A stretch of DNA of 64,000 nt from Candidatus Poribacteria bacterium (GTDB taxonomy: Bacteria > Poribacteria > WGA-4E > WGA-3G). Where the stretch lies: NCBI GenBank assembly GCA_963665235.2, contig CAXXLX010000001.1, forward strand, positions 1,344,001 through 1,408,000. The letters are read 5' to 3'. Position 1 is the stretch's first letter, and every line of letters begins with the position of its first letter. A program made the translations under genes and the position numbers. Under the pieces are notes generated by a model, which saw only the letters and a program-made list of their open reading frames with translations, had not been told where the DNA came from and made no database searches. This document shows, one piece after another, positions 47,053-57,675 of the stretch.

Positions 47053-48096
47053 TTACTGTAATTTTGCCTTTAAGTCCGCGAGGTCCTTCTCGATTGAGGC
47101 TTCTTCAGCATACCCGGTAAATTCATCGCTTACCTTCATATCTGTCAACTCGCTATCCGCTTCGACCGCTGCTTTTGCTAGGGTAGCGGCTTCAGTTGCA
47201 TTTTGTTCCATTTTATCGATAATTTCAAACGCTGCGCCATCCTGTACTGCTGTCAATGTGTCCTGAAGATGTTGGTGTGCCTCGACGTTTGTGCTTTGTG
47301 CGACAATAACATCCCTTTTTCTTTCTGCTTCCTCTGCTTTTTTCTGAAGTGTTTCCAATAAGGTTGTGAGTTCCGCGACGACCTGTTTCTGTTCTTCCCA
47401 CTGTGCTTTGTAACGGTTTGCGAGTTGGCGGTATTCGTTGCGTTGTGTGAGGTCTTCCCGTGCAAGGTCTTCCCGACCTGCTTGAATAGAGATAGCTGCT
47501 CGCTCTTCACACCTTTCGGCTTGGACGATTGCCCCCTCGTAAGCGTTCTGAAACTGTTTTTCAATTCCGATAGAGGCATCGACCTTCTCCCTTGCCTCGG
47601 CAAGCCGTTGCGTTATCTCATGGATAGCACTGTCTAAAACCTTCTCCGGTTCTTCCGTTTCGGTTAACACCTTCTCCAGGTGGGGTTGAGATTTGACAAC
47701 GACTGTACCCGCAAGTTTATCACCCATTCGTTGCCGTTTGTCACCGAGGCAGAAAAGCAGGTCAAAAGGTTGAAAAATTCCGACAAGCCTGCGAACGAAG
47801 GAGTCCTTAAAGGTACACGGTTTGCCATCTTTTAACCGGATAACTTTGAGCGATAACAATTTTTTACCGAATCCCTGCCCGTTTTTGAACCCATCCATTA
47901 AAAGGAATCCGAGACTTCCGAACGCGAGACTTAGGGGGCCCGCAATCCACTCGTTTCCACCGGTGATTAACCCGAAGAGAAAAAATGAAATGACATAGCT
48001 CCAAAATGCGAGCACGGTGTCCAGCAAAAGTGCGACTGTCCGCTCTGTTCGAGAGCCCAATCTGAATTTTTTCCGTGCAATTTCAATTAGCTTCAT
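47053..48096 (-). CDS. RDD-family membrane domain fused to PspA/IM30 coiled coil
   Basis: R..A.LLD, GQGFGK, QRMGDKLAGTVVV; then EPEKVL...AIQAGREDLARE.L..R. Confidence 0.8.
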   Translation of the reverse strand: MKLIEIARKKFRLGSRTERTVALLLDTVLAFWSYVISFFLFGLITGGNEWIAGPLSLAFGSLGFLLMDGFKNGQGFGKKLLSLKVIRLKDGKPCTFKDSFVRRLVGIFQPFDLLFCLGDKRQRMGDKLAGTVVVKSQPHLEKVLTETEEPEKVLDSAIHEITQRLAEAREKVDASIGIEKQFQNAYEGAIVQAERCEERAAISIQAGREDLAREDLTQRNEYRQLANRYKAQWEEQKQVVAELTTLLETLQKKAEEAERKRDVIVAQSTNVEAHQHLQDTLTAVQDGAAFEIIDKMEQNATEAATLAKAAVEADSELTDMKVSDEFTGYAEEASIEKDLADLKAKLQ

Positions 48097-48214
48097 GTTG
48101 GCACATCCTCTTTTTTGTTGAGAAAACCCGTGTGCCGTTAGCACGAAAAGTCGTTTTTTTCCGGGTTTCCTCTGTTGACCATCTAGCTATAGAGGCTGCT
48201 GGGAACTAAATTGG

Positions 48215-49273
48215 TTACAACGTCGGCACCGTTACCTCTACCTCGCGGCCGTTTGCCTCTGAGGAATCGATAACCCCTTGGATGATAACGTTTGTCAGCA
48301 AAACCCCGTACGGGTCGATAGGGGAGGGTTTTCCTTCTCGGACTGCGTCGATAAACGCGCTATCCTCCTCATGGAACACACTGACCGATTCAAACTCGGT
48401 GTAGGTTTCATCGTGAATTTGGCCATCCTTGTCGCCATAGACGCGAACCCCCTCTTGCGGTCCGCGAACTTCGCCTATACCGATACGCAGCCCGGCTTTT
48501 TTACCGAGGAAAATTGTTCCGCCAAGCGAATCCATATTCATGCACCAACAGGTTTTGAACACCATACGCGCGCCGTTGTCAAAAACAACCCAACCGACAC
48601 CGAAATCTTCTACCTCGGTCTCCCGCAATCCAGGGTTCCATGTATTGTGCAGACTCAGATAGTTGGAGGTAATCCCGGAGACAGCGACAGGTTTCGGGTG
48701 CCCCATCAAGTAGAGTGCGGTGTCCAAAGCGTAGACCCCGATATCTGCGGATGCTCCTAAACCGGCTGTGGCTTTTCGGATAAAGCTGCCCCCCGGATTT
48801 CCGCGCCGCCGGTCCGCCACGGTCTCAACGTAGTAAATATCACCGAGTGTCCCCGCATCAACAATTTCTTTCGCCTTGATGACTTGCGGTGAATAACGGA
48901 GTTTGAGTCCAATCATCAGGATTTTATCGTTTTCTACTGCAGCTCGCCACATAGCGGTTGCGGCATCCAACGTTGCCTCCATCGGTTTTTCACAGAAAAC
49001 GTGTTTACCCGCATTTAGCGCAGCAACGGTCGGTGCTGAATGGACACCTGTCGGCGTACAGACATAGACCGCCTCAATTTCGTCCATCTTGAGCATTTCG
49101 TTGTAATCGTCAAACGTGTGTTCGATACCCCACCGCTCTTTTGCGCGTTCTAAGTGTGCTGGCACAAGGTCAGCCGCGGCAATAATCTCCGCACCTTCTA
49201 TATTAGCAAGCGTCCCGCAGTGTGCTTGTGAAATACCACCTGCTCCAATTAAACCTAATTTCACTGTTCGCAT
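48215..49273 (-). CDS. Gfo/Idh/MocA family oxidoreductase
   Basis: IGAGGI, GKHVFCEKP, DIGVYALD. Confidence 0.9.
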   Translation of the reverse strand: MRTVKLGLIGAGGISQAHCGTLANIEGAEIIAAADLVPAHLERAKERWGIEHTFDDYNEMLKMDEIEAVYVCTPTGVHSAPTVAALNAGKHVFCEKPMEATLDAATAMWRAAVENDKILMIGLKLRYSPQVIKAKEIVDAGTLGDIYYVETVADRRRGNPGGSFIRKATAGLGASADIGVYALDTALYLMGHPKPVAVSGITSNYLSLHNTWNPGLRETEVEDFGVGWVVFDNGARMVFKTCWCMNMDSLGGTIFLGKKAGLRIGIGEVRGPQEGVRVYGDKDGQIHDETYTEFESVSVFHEEDSAFIDAVREGKPSPIDPYGVLLTNVIIQGVIDSSEANGREVEVTVPTL

Positions 49274-49428
49274 AGTTGTCTCCTAATCATGGATTGTATG
49301 TTATAGATTTTATCCTATTTCTGCTATGAAGTCAAGCGAAATTTCTGAAACCTTTAACTTCTTTCTTGCTTTTTACAAAAATATGTGTTATAATTAAATA
49401 AACATTTGACAAAACACAGAGATATATC

Positions 49429-50169
49429 ATGCAATTGCGACCGGAATTTCTGCAGCAGGCCGTTGAAGCGGCCCTTACATTCGTCTACCCTGCTCAATGC
49501 CGGGTGTGTGACAAATCGCTTGGACTCGAAACTGTGCCGTATATGTGCGACGCATGCTGGCACGACATTCAGTTTGTCGAACCACCCTGGTGTGAAATAT
49601 GCGGGACACCGGATATAGAAAATGAAAATACCTGTGAGGCATGCGCCAGCAACCCGCCACGATACGGAAAACTGCGCACAATTGCCCTTTATGAAGCAGC
49701 ACTCCAACAAGCAATACATCTTTTTAAATTTGAGAAGCGAAGAAGGCTTGCTAAACCGCTCACGCAACTGATATTAGCACATATACCGAACGATTGCAGT
49801 ATCGGAGACTATGACTTCATTCTACCGATTCCGATTCATAAAAAACGGTTGCGGGAACGCGGTTTCAACCAAGCCACTCTGCTCGCCAAAGGGATTGCTA
49901 AAGCTACAGGGGTGCCGATTGCTACAGATGTGCTATTTCGCCACCGGTACACGGCACCGCAGAGCAGTTTGGATAGAGAAGCACGACAGACAAATATTGT
50001 TGATGCTTTTCAGCTCCGTGCGGAAGAATCGATACGCGGCAAACACCTGCTGCTCATAGATGATGTTTTCACTACTGGTGCTACTATCCGAGAGGCAGTA
50101 AAAGCGTTATGGCATGCTGACCCTGCTGAAATTGATGTGCTGACCCTGGCGCGAGCTTTACACGCCTAA
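49429..50169 (+). CDS. comF: ComF family protein (double Zn ribbon + PRTase)
   Basis: CxxC x4, RGFNQ, LLIDDVFTTGAT. Confidence 0.9.
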   Translation: MQLRPEFLQQAVEAALTFVYPAQCRVCDKSLGLETVPYMCDACWHDIQFVEPPWCEICGTPDIENENTCEACASNPPRYGKLRTIALYEAALQQAIHLFKFEKRRRLAKPLTQLILAHIPNDCSIGDYDFILPIPIHKKRLRERGFNQATLLAKGIAKATGVPIATDVLFRHRYTAPQSSLDREARQTNIVDAFQLRAEESIRGKHLLLIDDVFTTGATIREAVKALWHADPAEIDVLTLARALHA

Positions 50170-50271
50170 ATGAAACCTTTTCAGGACATTTTGCGTATAA
50201 ATAGTAGGGTTAAAATACAAATTGTCTGTCACAAAAAAATATACACGTGTTAAACTGAAAGGAGGTTACCT

Positions 50272-53200
50272 TTGCATTTAAATCGCATCAAAATCAGCGG
50301 ATTCAAGAGTTTTGCCGAAGAGGTTGAGCTAATCCTGGAGCCTGGCGTTACGACTATTGTTGGGCCTAACGGTTGTGGGAAGAGCAATGTCTCGGATGCA
50401 ATTCGGTGGGTGCTTGGCGAACAGAGTGCCCGCGCCCTTCGGTGTACTAATATGCGCGAGCTCCTTTTCAACGGAGGTGCGAATTTCAGTCCAGCCCGGA
50501 AAGCAGAAGTCGGCCTCTTTTTCTCAGATATCTCCGAGAATCTTACGATTGGGTCCCCGGAGGTAGAAGTGCAGAGACAGTTGACCCGTGATGGAGAAAG
50601 CAGCTATCTTATCAACCAGACCCCCTGTCGTTTGCGTGACATTAGCGAACTTTTTATGGATACAGGGGTCGGTGTCGATGCTTACTCCGTGATGGAGCAG
50701 CGCAAAATCGATGTGATTCTCAACGTTCGTCCAGAGGAGCGGCGATTCCTCTTCGACGAGGTCGCCGGTATCACGAAATATAAGCACCGCAAGAAAACTG
50801 CTATCCGCAAATTAGAGGAGACGGAACAGAACTTGGTCCGCATCAACGATATTATTAAGGAATTACAACACGAAACAGAATCGTTGAAGGCACAAGCGGA
50901 ACAGGCTGAACGTTATCAATCTCTACAAGCACAGCTTCGGGAGTTAGAACTGAGTCTCGCCTATCGGGAGTATATGCAGCTTGCTACAGAGTATAGAGAA
51001 ACGCAGAACAGCTTAGAGGCTGCTCTGAACGATGCAGCGGAGGCAAATCAACAGTTACAAGATGCCGAAGAACAGCTCGAAGGTGCATCGCTTCGCCGCT
51101 CAGAGTTGGATACGTCTATAAGTGGCGTTGAGGAAAAACTCCGCAGCATTTCAGAAGAAATTGAGAAAATTGAACGTCAGATAGTCCTTCACAAAGAGCG
51201 ACAGCTCAGCATCCAACAACAACGCCAGCGGGCACTCCAAACCTTGGAATCGTTGAAGGTACAACAAGAAAACCTGGTCATTCAGAAACGGGAGCGAACA
51301 CAAGAGCAGAAAAAACTTGAATCCGCTTTCAAAATAGAGGAGAGCCGATTGACAGCACGTCAACAACTGCTCACTCAACTGTCCGAACGGCTTAATGCAG
51401 CGAAGGAATCTGTCCAAGAGGCAGAAGCTGGCTTGCAGGAAACCGCTACTGAACTCACGCAACAGGAGAACAAACGTTTAGCAATTGAACACAAGGTAAC
51501 GAATACGTCAAGCAATCTCGAGCGAATTCAGGAAAATTCGGACAGTTTGAAAAGGCAATTAAAAACAGCGACGGATGCACGTTCAGAGGTGCAGCGTGCT
51601 GAAGTTCAGTTGAAGGCGGACTTACTTCAGATTGATACGGAGAAAAAGCAGGCAGAAGCGTCGCTTCGCGAAAACCAGGACGCGCTCCGCAAAGTTGAAT
51701 CCGAGATGCGCGGTTTACAAGATACGTTGGGCGGAAGCGTTTCGCGTCTTAAATCGCTGCAGGAATTGCAATCCGCTTACGAGGGCTATTACACAGGCGT
51801 GCGCGCAATTATGCAGGCAAAAACACACCTCCCTGACGAATTCAACGGAATTTGTGGCGTTGTCGCAGAGCTGCTTAGCACGGATACGGAATACGAACTC
51901 GCTATAGAGGTCGCCCTCGGCAGTGCCATCCAAAATGTTGTCACCGAAACGGCTGAAGACGCTGACGCTGGCATCGCCTTCCTCAAAAAACATCGCGCAG
52001 GTCGAGTGACATTCCTACCGCTTGACATCTTGCGCGGCAGAACGTTCTCCGATGACAGACTCCTCAACGAACCGGGGGTTATCGGCATTGCACAAGAATT
52101 GCTGGATTACGACAGCAGATATGAAATCGCTATGCAACACCTATTGGGCAATACACTCGTTATTGAGGACCTGGATGCCGCAGTTGCACTCACACGCCGA
52201 TTCCGACCGAACGCACGTTTAGTCACCCTAGATGGCGAGGTTATCAACACCTCCGGGGCTATTACAGGCGGACATAGCAATCAGAAGACAACCGGGCTGC
52301 TCAGCCGCGCACGCGAACTTGAGGTGCTGGAAAGTAGAATCGGGCAACTGCAGCAGCAGGCAACTGAGAAGGACGAAAAACGCAAAACTTATGCTGCTAC
52401 GATTGCTACCCTGCAACAGACCCGACAGAAGCTCACTACACAGTGGCAAAACAAACAGATTGAACAGACAGCACTTGCAAAGGATATTGAGCAGGCAAAC
52501 GAACAGGTGACACGTCTTGAAACGCAACTCGCTGCAGTTGAAGTGGAAAACAGAGAACTCCGAGAGACGATAGCGGTGTCACGCGAAGAACAGCAGACGC
52601 TTGACGTTGAAATCGCCGAACTCACCAAAAAACGGACACTCACCCAAAGACGCATTCAACGGATAAATGAACAGATTCAGAGTGAAACCCGCAAACAGGA
52701 AGAAGTTGCCACCGCATGTCAGCAAATGGAGGTCTTCCTAGCAGGACAACGCCAAAAATTGCAGGGGTTGACAGATGAAATTCAGACGCTCACTGAAACA
52801 CAACGGCAAACCGCAGAGAATATCGAAGAACAGCAAACCATTATCGACTCTGACGAACAGACGAAACACGACCTCGGTGAACAGATTGAAACTGCACAAC
52901 GCGAATTCCTCCGAATCGAGGGAAATCGGGCTGAAGCGGAAACGGAACGTGAAGAACGCATCGAAGAACGGAATACACTCATCGCGGAAATAACAAATCG
53001 CCAAAAGGAAATGCGGGCAACGCGCAGGCAGTTCGAGAAGCACAACCGTATCCGACATCAACTCGAGGTCAAAACCACGCAACTTGAGATGCAGATGAAA
53101 TCTAACTCAGCCCGTATCTTTGATAAATATCAACTCTCGCTCGAGGAAATTCCTCTGCCCCTCTTGGGGGAAGTCGCCCCCCCGGAGGCGCATCCTGAAA

Positions 53201-53964
53201 CGGAACACCCTCACACTGCTGAACCCTCGAACCAAGGCGTTGAAACGGTTGTCCCGCTTACCGCAATCGCCGAGCAGGATGTTGGCGAACTTCCTGAAGC
53301 CGCCACCCCGATGGACGATATTGACCTGATGGATAACATTGAAAAATTGAAGGCTGAAATCGCAGCGATGGGGGCAGTCAACCTAAAGGCAATTGAGGCA
53401 CATGAGGAGCATAAAAAACGGTATGACTTTCTCGTCTCTCAACGTGCCGATATACAAAAGTCCATTCAATCCACCTATCAGGCGATACAGAAGATTAACC
53501 AAACCTCGCGGGAGGTATTCCTGAAAACATTTGAGCAGGTGCAAACCAACTTCCAAGAGGTGTTCGTCCAACTCTTCGGCGGCGGCGAAACGGAGCTCCG
53601 ATTAACCGACGAGTCCGATGTGCTCGATTCGGGCATTGATATCATTGCACGTCCGCCGGGCAAACGTCCACAAAGCATCACACAGCTTTCTGGCGGCGAA
53701 CGTTCCCTTGTCGCCATCGGGTTGCTTTTCGCTGTTTTCAAAATCAAGCCGAGCCCGTTCTGTGTCTTAGATGAAGTGGATGCCTCACTTGACGAGGCAA
53801 ATGTCCTCCGCTTCACAAATCTTATCCGTGCTTATGCGGAGAACACACAATTTGTCATTATCACACACAACCGGCGCACGATGGAAATCGCTGACGCAAT
53901 GTACGGCGTGACGATGGAACAGGCGGGAATGTCAAAAATTGTCTCTGCCAAGTTTGCAGCCTAG
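50272..53964 (+). CDS. smc: Chromosome segregation protein SMC
   Basis: GFKSF, GPNGCGKSN, hinge GRVTFLPL, LSGGE, LDEVD, ITH. Confidence 0.97.
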   Translation: MHLNRIKISGFKSFAEEVELILEPGVTTIVGPNGCGKSNVSDAIRWVLGEQSARALRCTNMRELLFNGGANFSPARKAEVGLFFSDISENLTIGSPEVEVQRQLTRDGESSYLINQTPCRLRDISELFMDTGVGVDAYSVMEQRKIDVILNVRPEERRFLFDEVAGITKYKHRKKTAIRKLEETEQNLVRINDIIKELQHETESLKAQAEQAERYQSLQAQLRELELSLAYREYMQLATEYRETQNSLEAALNDAAEANQQLQDAEEQLEGASLRRSELDTSISGVEEKLRSISEEIEKIERQIVLHKERQLSIQQQRQRALQTLESLKVQQENLVIQKRERTQEQKKLESAFKIEESRLTARQQLLTQLSERLNAAKESVQEAEAGLQETATELTQQENKRLAIEHKVTNTSSNLERIQENSDSLKRQLKTATDARSEVQRAEVQLKADLLQIDTEKKQAEASLRENQDALRKVESEMRGLQDTLGGSVSRLKSLQELQSAYEGYYTGVRAIMQAKTHLPDEFNGICGVVAELLSTDTEYELAIEVALGSAIQNVVTETAEDADAGIAFLKKHRAGRVTFLPLDILRGRTFSDDRLLNEPGVIGIAQELLDYDSRYEIAMQHLLGNTLVIEDLDAAVALTRRFRPNARLVTLDGEVINTSGAITGGHSNQKTTGLLSRARELEVLESRIGQLQQQATEKDEKRKTYAATIATLQQTRQKLTTQWQNKQIEQTALAKDIEQANEQVTRLETQLAAVEVENRELRETIAVSREEQQTLDVEIAELTKKRTLTQRRIQRINEQIQSETRKQEEVATACQQMEVFLAGQRQKLQGLTDEIQTLTETQRQTAENIEEQQTIIDSDEQTKHDLGEQIETAQREFLRIEGNRAEAETEREERIEERNTLIAEITNRQKEMRATRRQFEKHNRIRHQLEVKTTQLEMQMKSNSARIFDKYQLSLEEIPLPLLGEVAPPEAHPETEHPHTAEPSNQGVETVVPLTAIAEQDVGELPEAATPMDDIDLMDNIEKLKAEIAAMGAVNLKAIEAHEEHKKRYDFLVSQRADIQKSIQSTYQAIQKINQTSREVFLKTFEQVQTNFQEVFVQLFGGGETELRLTDESDVLDSGIDIIARPPGKRPQSITQLSGGERSLVAIGLLFAVFKIKPSPFCVLDEVDASLDEANVLRFTNLIRAYAENTQFVIITHNRRTMEIADAMYGVTMEQAGMSKIVSAKFAA

Positions 53965-54540
53965 AAGTCATTTCATTTCGCAAAATTCACAATTATTTAT
54001 ACGCTACTGTTTATGAGTCGGCACACGCTATAGGCCGCCTCATAAACAGTTTTCAAAAGTGTGATGCGGAAGCACACTGCCCCAAGTCCGCGTCAACCGG
54101 AATTCAGCCAATTTCTTCCTTTTACCCTCTTCACATTTAACCTTAAAAAAGTTGACAAAACACAGAAATGAACGGATATATAGAGAAAGATGTCCTGTGT
54201 GATGGACAACACCCAAAAAAGTTGACACCGCACACGTGGGGTGTGTAAAGTTTTTGTACAAGGGAATTCTGTTTCTGATAGAAGGCGGAACATCGCTATA
54301 AAAAACGGCAAAACATCGCGTGCACAGCACGCTCCTACAGAAAAACAGGGATGCTATAATACACAAGGCAGAAAAAACAAAACTCTACAGTCTATCTCAT
54401 AAATCGTTTACCTGCTCTCTTTCAGAAAAATCACACTTTCATTAGTATTCGGGCAAACTGCCCGCTCCTTAAGGGCGAGGTTTCCTCGCCTTCATAAAGA
54501 ATAGCAATACGTCTATCGCAGGCGTTAAGGAGAGGAAAAC

Positions 54541-55323
54541 ATGTTACGTGACTACTTCACAAACCGATGGATTATCGGGGCGTTTTGTTTCCTGATTGTT
54601 TTCGGTATCGCTTGCTACTTCTACTATCAACATGAGCTGGCCCCCTATGAACAACTGGCAGAAGATAACGCTGAACTGCGCCGCCAAGCGGAACAAGCGT
54701 TTGCCGAGCGAAATGCGCGAAAACAAAAATTACCAGAGGCAATAGCAAACACACCCTCTGATGGTGTGTTGGAAACCGACACGCTTTTCACCCAGCAGGA
54801 GACTCCACTTCGGAACTCAGATGAAACTTCCGATTTGGTAACACACACCGCGGGTAGCACAGAGAACACCGTCAAGGTTTCCCCTTATGGGTTCGGACCG
54901 TATCCAGAGGTCCCTCAAGGGTTTATTGATGCCATAGGTCTTCCTTTTTGGCTTCATCCCGCTGAGTTACTCGATAGCAGGGCGAATCCCCCAAGTGCCG
55001 AAGTAGAGTTAATGCAACGCGTTATGGTTAAGCTTTGGAAACAAGGACGGACTGATGTAGAAGCTGCGTACATGGATAATGGAAGAGTTATAGTCCATTA
55101 CAAGAACCGTGCCTATGTCAGGTATGCTATGAAGAAAACTCCCGATGGCAAAGAGCTCCGTTGGCTCAAATCGTGGCGTTCGGGAAGCGTCCCTATCCCA
55201 ACTTGGAATCCAAGTGACCCTTACGATACAGGAGATCGAGACATCCCTCCTGGTGTGGAATTAATAGACTTGGACAAAGTAGATCCAAGCATAGACCCCT
55301 ATGAATTTTTAGGGTTAAACTAA
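54541..55323 (+). CDS. Membrane-anchored hypothetical protein (family typical of Poribacteria)
   Basis: N-terminal TM after 'NRWIIG'; 'SPYGFGPYPEVP', 'RVMVKLWKQG', 'IDPYEFLGL'; AGGAG RBS. Confidence 0.7.
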   Translation: MLRDYFTNRWIIGAFCFLIVFGIACYFYYQHELAPYEQLAEDNAELRRQAEQAFAERNARKQKLPEAIANTPSDGVLETDTLFTQQETPLRNSDETSDLVTHTAGSTENTVKVSPYGFGPYPEVPQGFIDAIGLPFWLHPAELLDSRANPPSAEVELMQRVMVKLWKQGRTDVEAAYMDNGRVIVHYKNRAYVRYAMKKTPDGKELRWLKSWRSGSVPIPTWNPSDPYDTGDRDIPPGVELIDLDKVDPSIDPYEFLGLN

Positions 55324-55329
55324 AGTAAA

Positions 55330-55501
55330 CTAAACTTTGGACAATTTTAGGAGTTTGCCTAATCGCTCCGCTGGGAAAACCGGACTTTTGCACATCGGAG
55401 GTTATTTTTCCCCTGTTTGTCCTTGTGTGTGCAACAGTGAGAAAAATCAGCAATGCTTTGCGAATCGGGCATCAGGCACACAGATATTGCCCAAACTATA
55501 G
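55330..55501. mobile_element. 172-bp MITE with imperfect terminal IRs and 9-bp target duplication
   Basis: CTAAACTTTGGACAAT...ATTGCCCAAACTATAG flanked by TAAAGTAAA at 55321-55329 and 55502-55510. Confidence 0.88.
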
Positions 55502-55698
55502 TAAAGTAAAAGGAGAGAACGACAATGCGTTTTATACGATGCAAAACGTCAAAGGCAAGAGTCATTTAGGGGCTAAAGCCATGGGCTGGATAATAAACGA
55601 AGTAAAATTTCAGACAAATACTGGCCGTAAGTACCCTCTGAATGATGTTGCTTCAACCAATGCAGAGATTTAGTAAACCCGAGCCTTAATGATATTTT

Positions 55699-55734
55699 GA
55701 CAGGCAGGCCCTCGTGGGGCCTGCCTGCCTTTTT
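55699..55734 (+). terminator. Intrinsic terminator
   Basis: caggcaggcc-ctcgtgg-ggcctgcctg followed by ccttttt. Confidence 0.7.
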
Positions 55735-56708
55735 AGCGCAAAGACGGATTCGCTACATAAGCCCGCAACACCTGTCTCCTCACGTTCTCACCGGAAAATC
55801 ATATTTCTGTTGCAATAACGATAACCCCAAATAGATGGAGATAGGCAGATGGGTGTGTCCAGTTTTTGTACTATATGTCAACTTAGGGGTTGATACTTCC
55901 CCCAACACACCGCGATATTTTTTCTGAAGAAAACTGGAACCGTTCGCAACTAACCTAACAGCACCGCCAAACATTTTTCGCTTACGGTGTGTGAAGATAT
56001 TTTCAGTATTCGGACAAACAGTTCCCCGCTCCTCAGGAGCGAGGTCCCCCCGCCCATTAGACGCCCGGCACCGTGGGCACGGCGCATGGGGTTACATCGT
56101 AGGGGCGAGGGCACCTCGCCTGTTATACCCTCTAAATCCCATTATCATATCGACTTATCAACGCGCTGCGTAAGGCCTGCGTAACTATACACCTACCTCA
56201 ACAGAGCACCGTCAACACACGATTCAAAAAAGTGTTGACATTTCTATATCATTTTGGTATCCTGTACATACATAATGGAAAAGCACGCCTGTTTTTACCA
56301 ATGCGAAAGGTGAGTACGGCTTCGAGCGTAAAGTGCCGGTCGGGTATAATAACCCAAGTTGCTACTTATAAGTTTTTAGACTTGGAAACACCGTCTTTAA
56401 TGAAAATATGCTGATAATTAGGTAATATTTGTACCGTCCACTTTTAGTTTGCAAACAAATATGCACAATCTGGAAGATTATGCTACTATGTGGCAACTTA
56501 GGTTATGTAGGTGAAATTGACGGTGTCAAATGGTTTCTTGGAATGCCTCGACTCCGGCTTCCCTTATCGTCAGGCATTCCGAAGCAGGTTGATTTTACGA
56601 TACCCACAGAGCTCAATTTAAGTGTCAACATAGACGACAAACCTGATAAGGATGCAAAGTAGGAGACACACGCTGCTGCGGTTTCCATCACCCATAAGGA
56701 AAAACGTT

Positions 56709-57671
56709 ATGTTCAACCGCAATCAACTCAAAATCCTGCCGCTCTCTGAACGCCAGCATAAGATGACTGTGGCAGATGTCTATCCCTTAGATGCCGAAAC
56801 CCTACCGTACCAAAATGAACGGCTCCGCAGCGTTGCCGAGCGTATCCTCGAAGCTCACCAGCACAGCAAACAGGTGATTTGGATGATGGGCGCGCACGTG
56901 ATGCGACGCGGCAACTCCCGCTTTATTATTGACCTGATGACGCGCGGTCTGATAACACATATCGCCACGAACGGCGCGTGTGCTATACACGATTTTGAAC
57001 TTGCACACATCGGGGCGACGCTTGAAGATGTTGAGGTCTACATTCGCGATGGCAAATTCGGCAACTGGGAGGAAACGGGTCGCTATCTGAACGAGGCTAT
57101 CGTCCGAGGCTATCGGGATAAAATCGGTTTCGGCGAAGCGGTCGGCAGATTAATTCAGGAGGGTGAAGCGGGTATCGCTTTTCCGCATCGGGACGTGAGT
57201 ATATTCGCTGCGGCATACCGATTAGGTGTCCCGCTCACTGTTCATAAAGGCATCGGCTATGACATTACCGACCAGCATCCGGCTGCCGATTTCGCTGCTA
57301 TCGGATGGACAACAGGTGAGGATTTTCTCCGCTTTGCACACAGGGTGTCCCAATTGGAGGGCGGCGTTTTTCTCAACTTAGGCTCCGCTGTGATGGGCCC
57401 GGAGGTCTACCTCAAAAGCCTTTCTATGGCACGCAACATCGCTGCACAAAACGACACGGAGATTCGGCACTTCACTACCGCCAACTTTGACCTTATCGAC
57501 TTTCCCGATTTTCAGGCGGAAGGAAAACCGACCGATGCACACTATTATCACCGGCCCAAAAAAACGATCCTTATCCGGACCGTCAAAGATGGCGGCGAAA
57601 GCTATCACATCTCTGGCGATTTTTCTGTTACAGTTCCGCAGCTGTACCGTCTTATTTGTGGGCAAATCTAA
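56709..57671 (+). CDS. Deoxyhypusine-synthase-like fold protein
   Basis: MMGAHV, IATNGA.AIHDFE, G.FG..EETG, PLTVH..IG.DI...HP, GSAVMGPEV.LK. Confidence 0.65.
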   Translation: MFNRNQLKILPLSERQHKMTVADVYPLDAETLPYQNERLRSVAERILEAHQHSKQVIWMMGAHVMRRGNSRFIIDLMTRGLITHIATNGACAIHDFELAHIGATLEDVEVYIRDGKFGNWEETGRYLNEAIVRGYRDKIGFGEAVGRLIQEGEAGIAFPHRDVSIFAAAYRLGVPLTVHKGIGYDITDQHPAADFAAIGWTTGEDFLRFAHRVSQLEGGVFLNLGSAVMGPEVYLKSLSMARNIAAQNDTEIRHFTTANFDLIDFPDFQAEGKPTDAHYYHRPKKTILIRTVKDGGESYHISGDFSVTVPQLYRLICGQI

Positions 57672-57675
57672 CTCT

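Noticed and set aside
55425-55673. 82-aa ORF
   Set aside because: It starts inside the MITE; the real RBS leads to a 14-codon frame, so it is at best a gene remnant.
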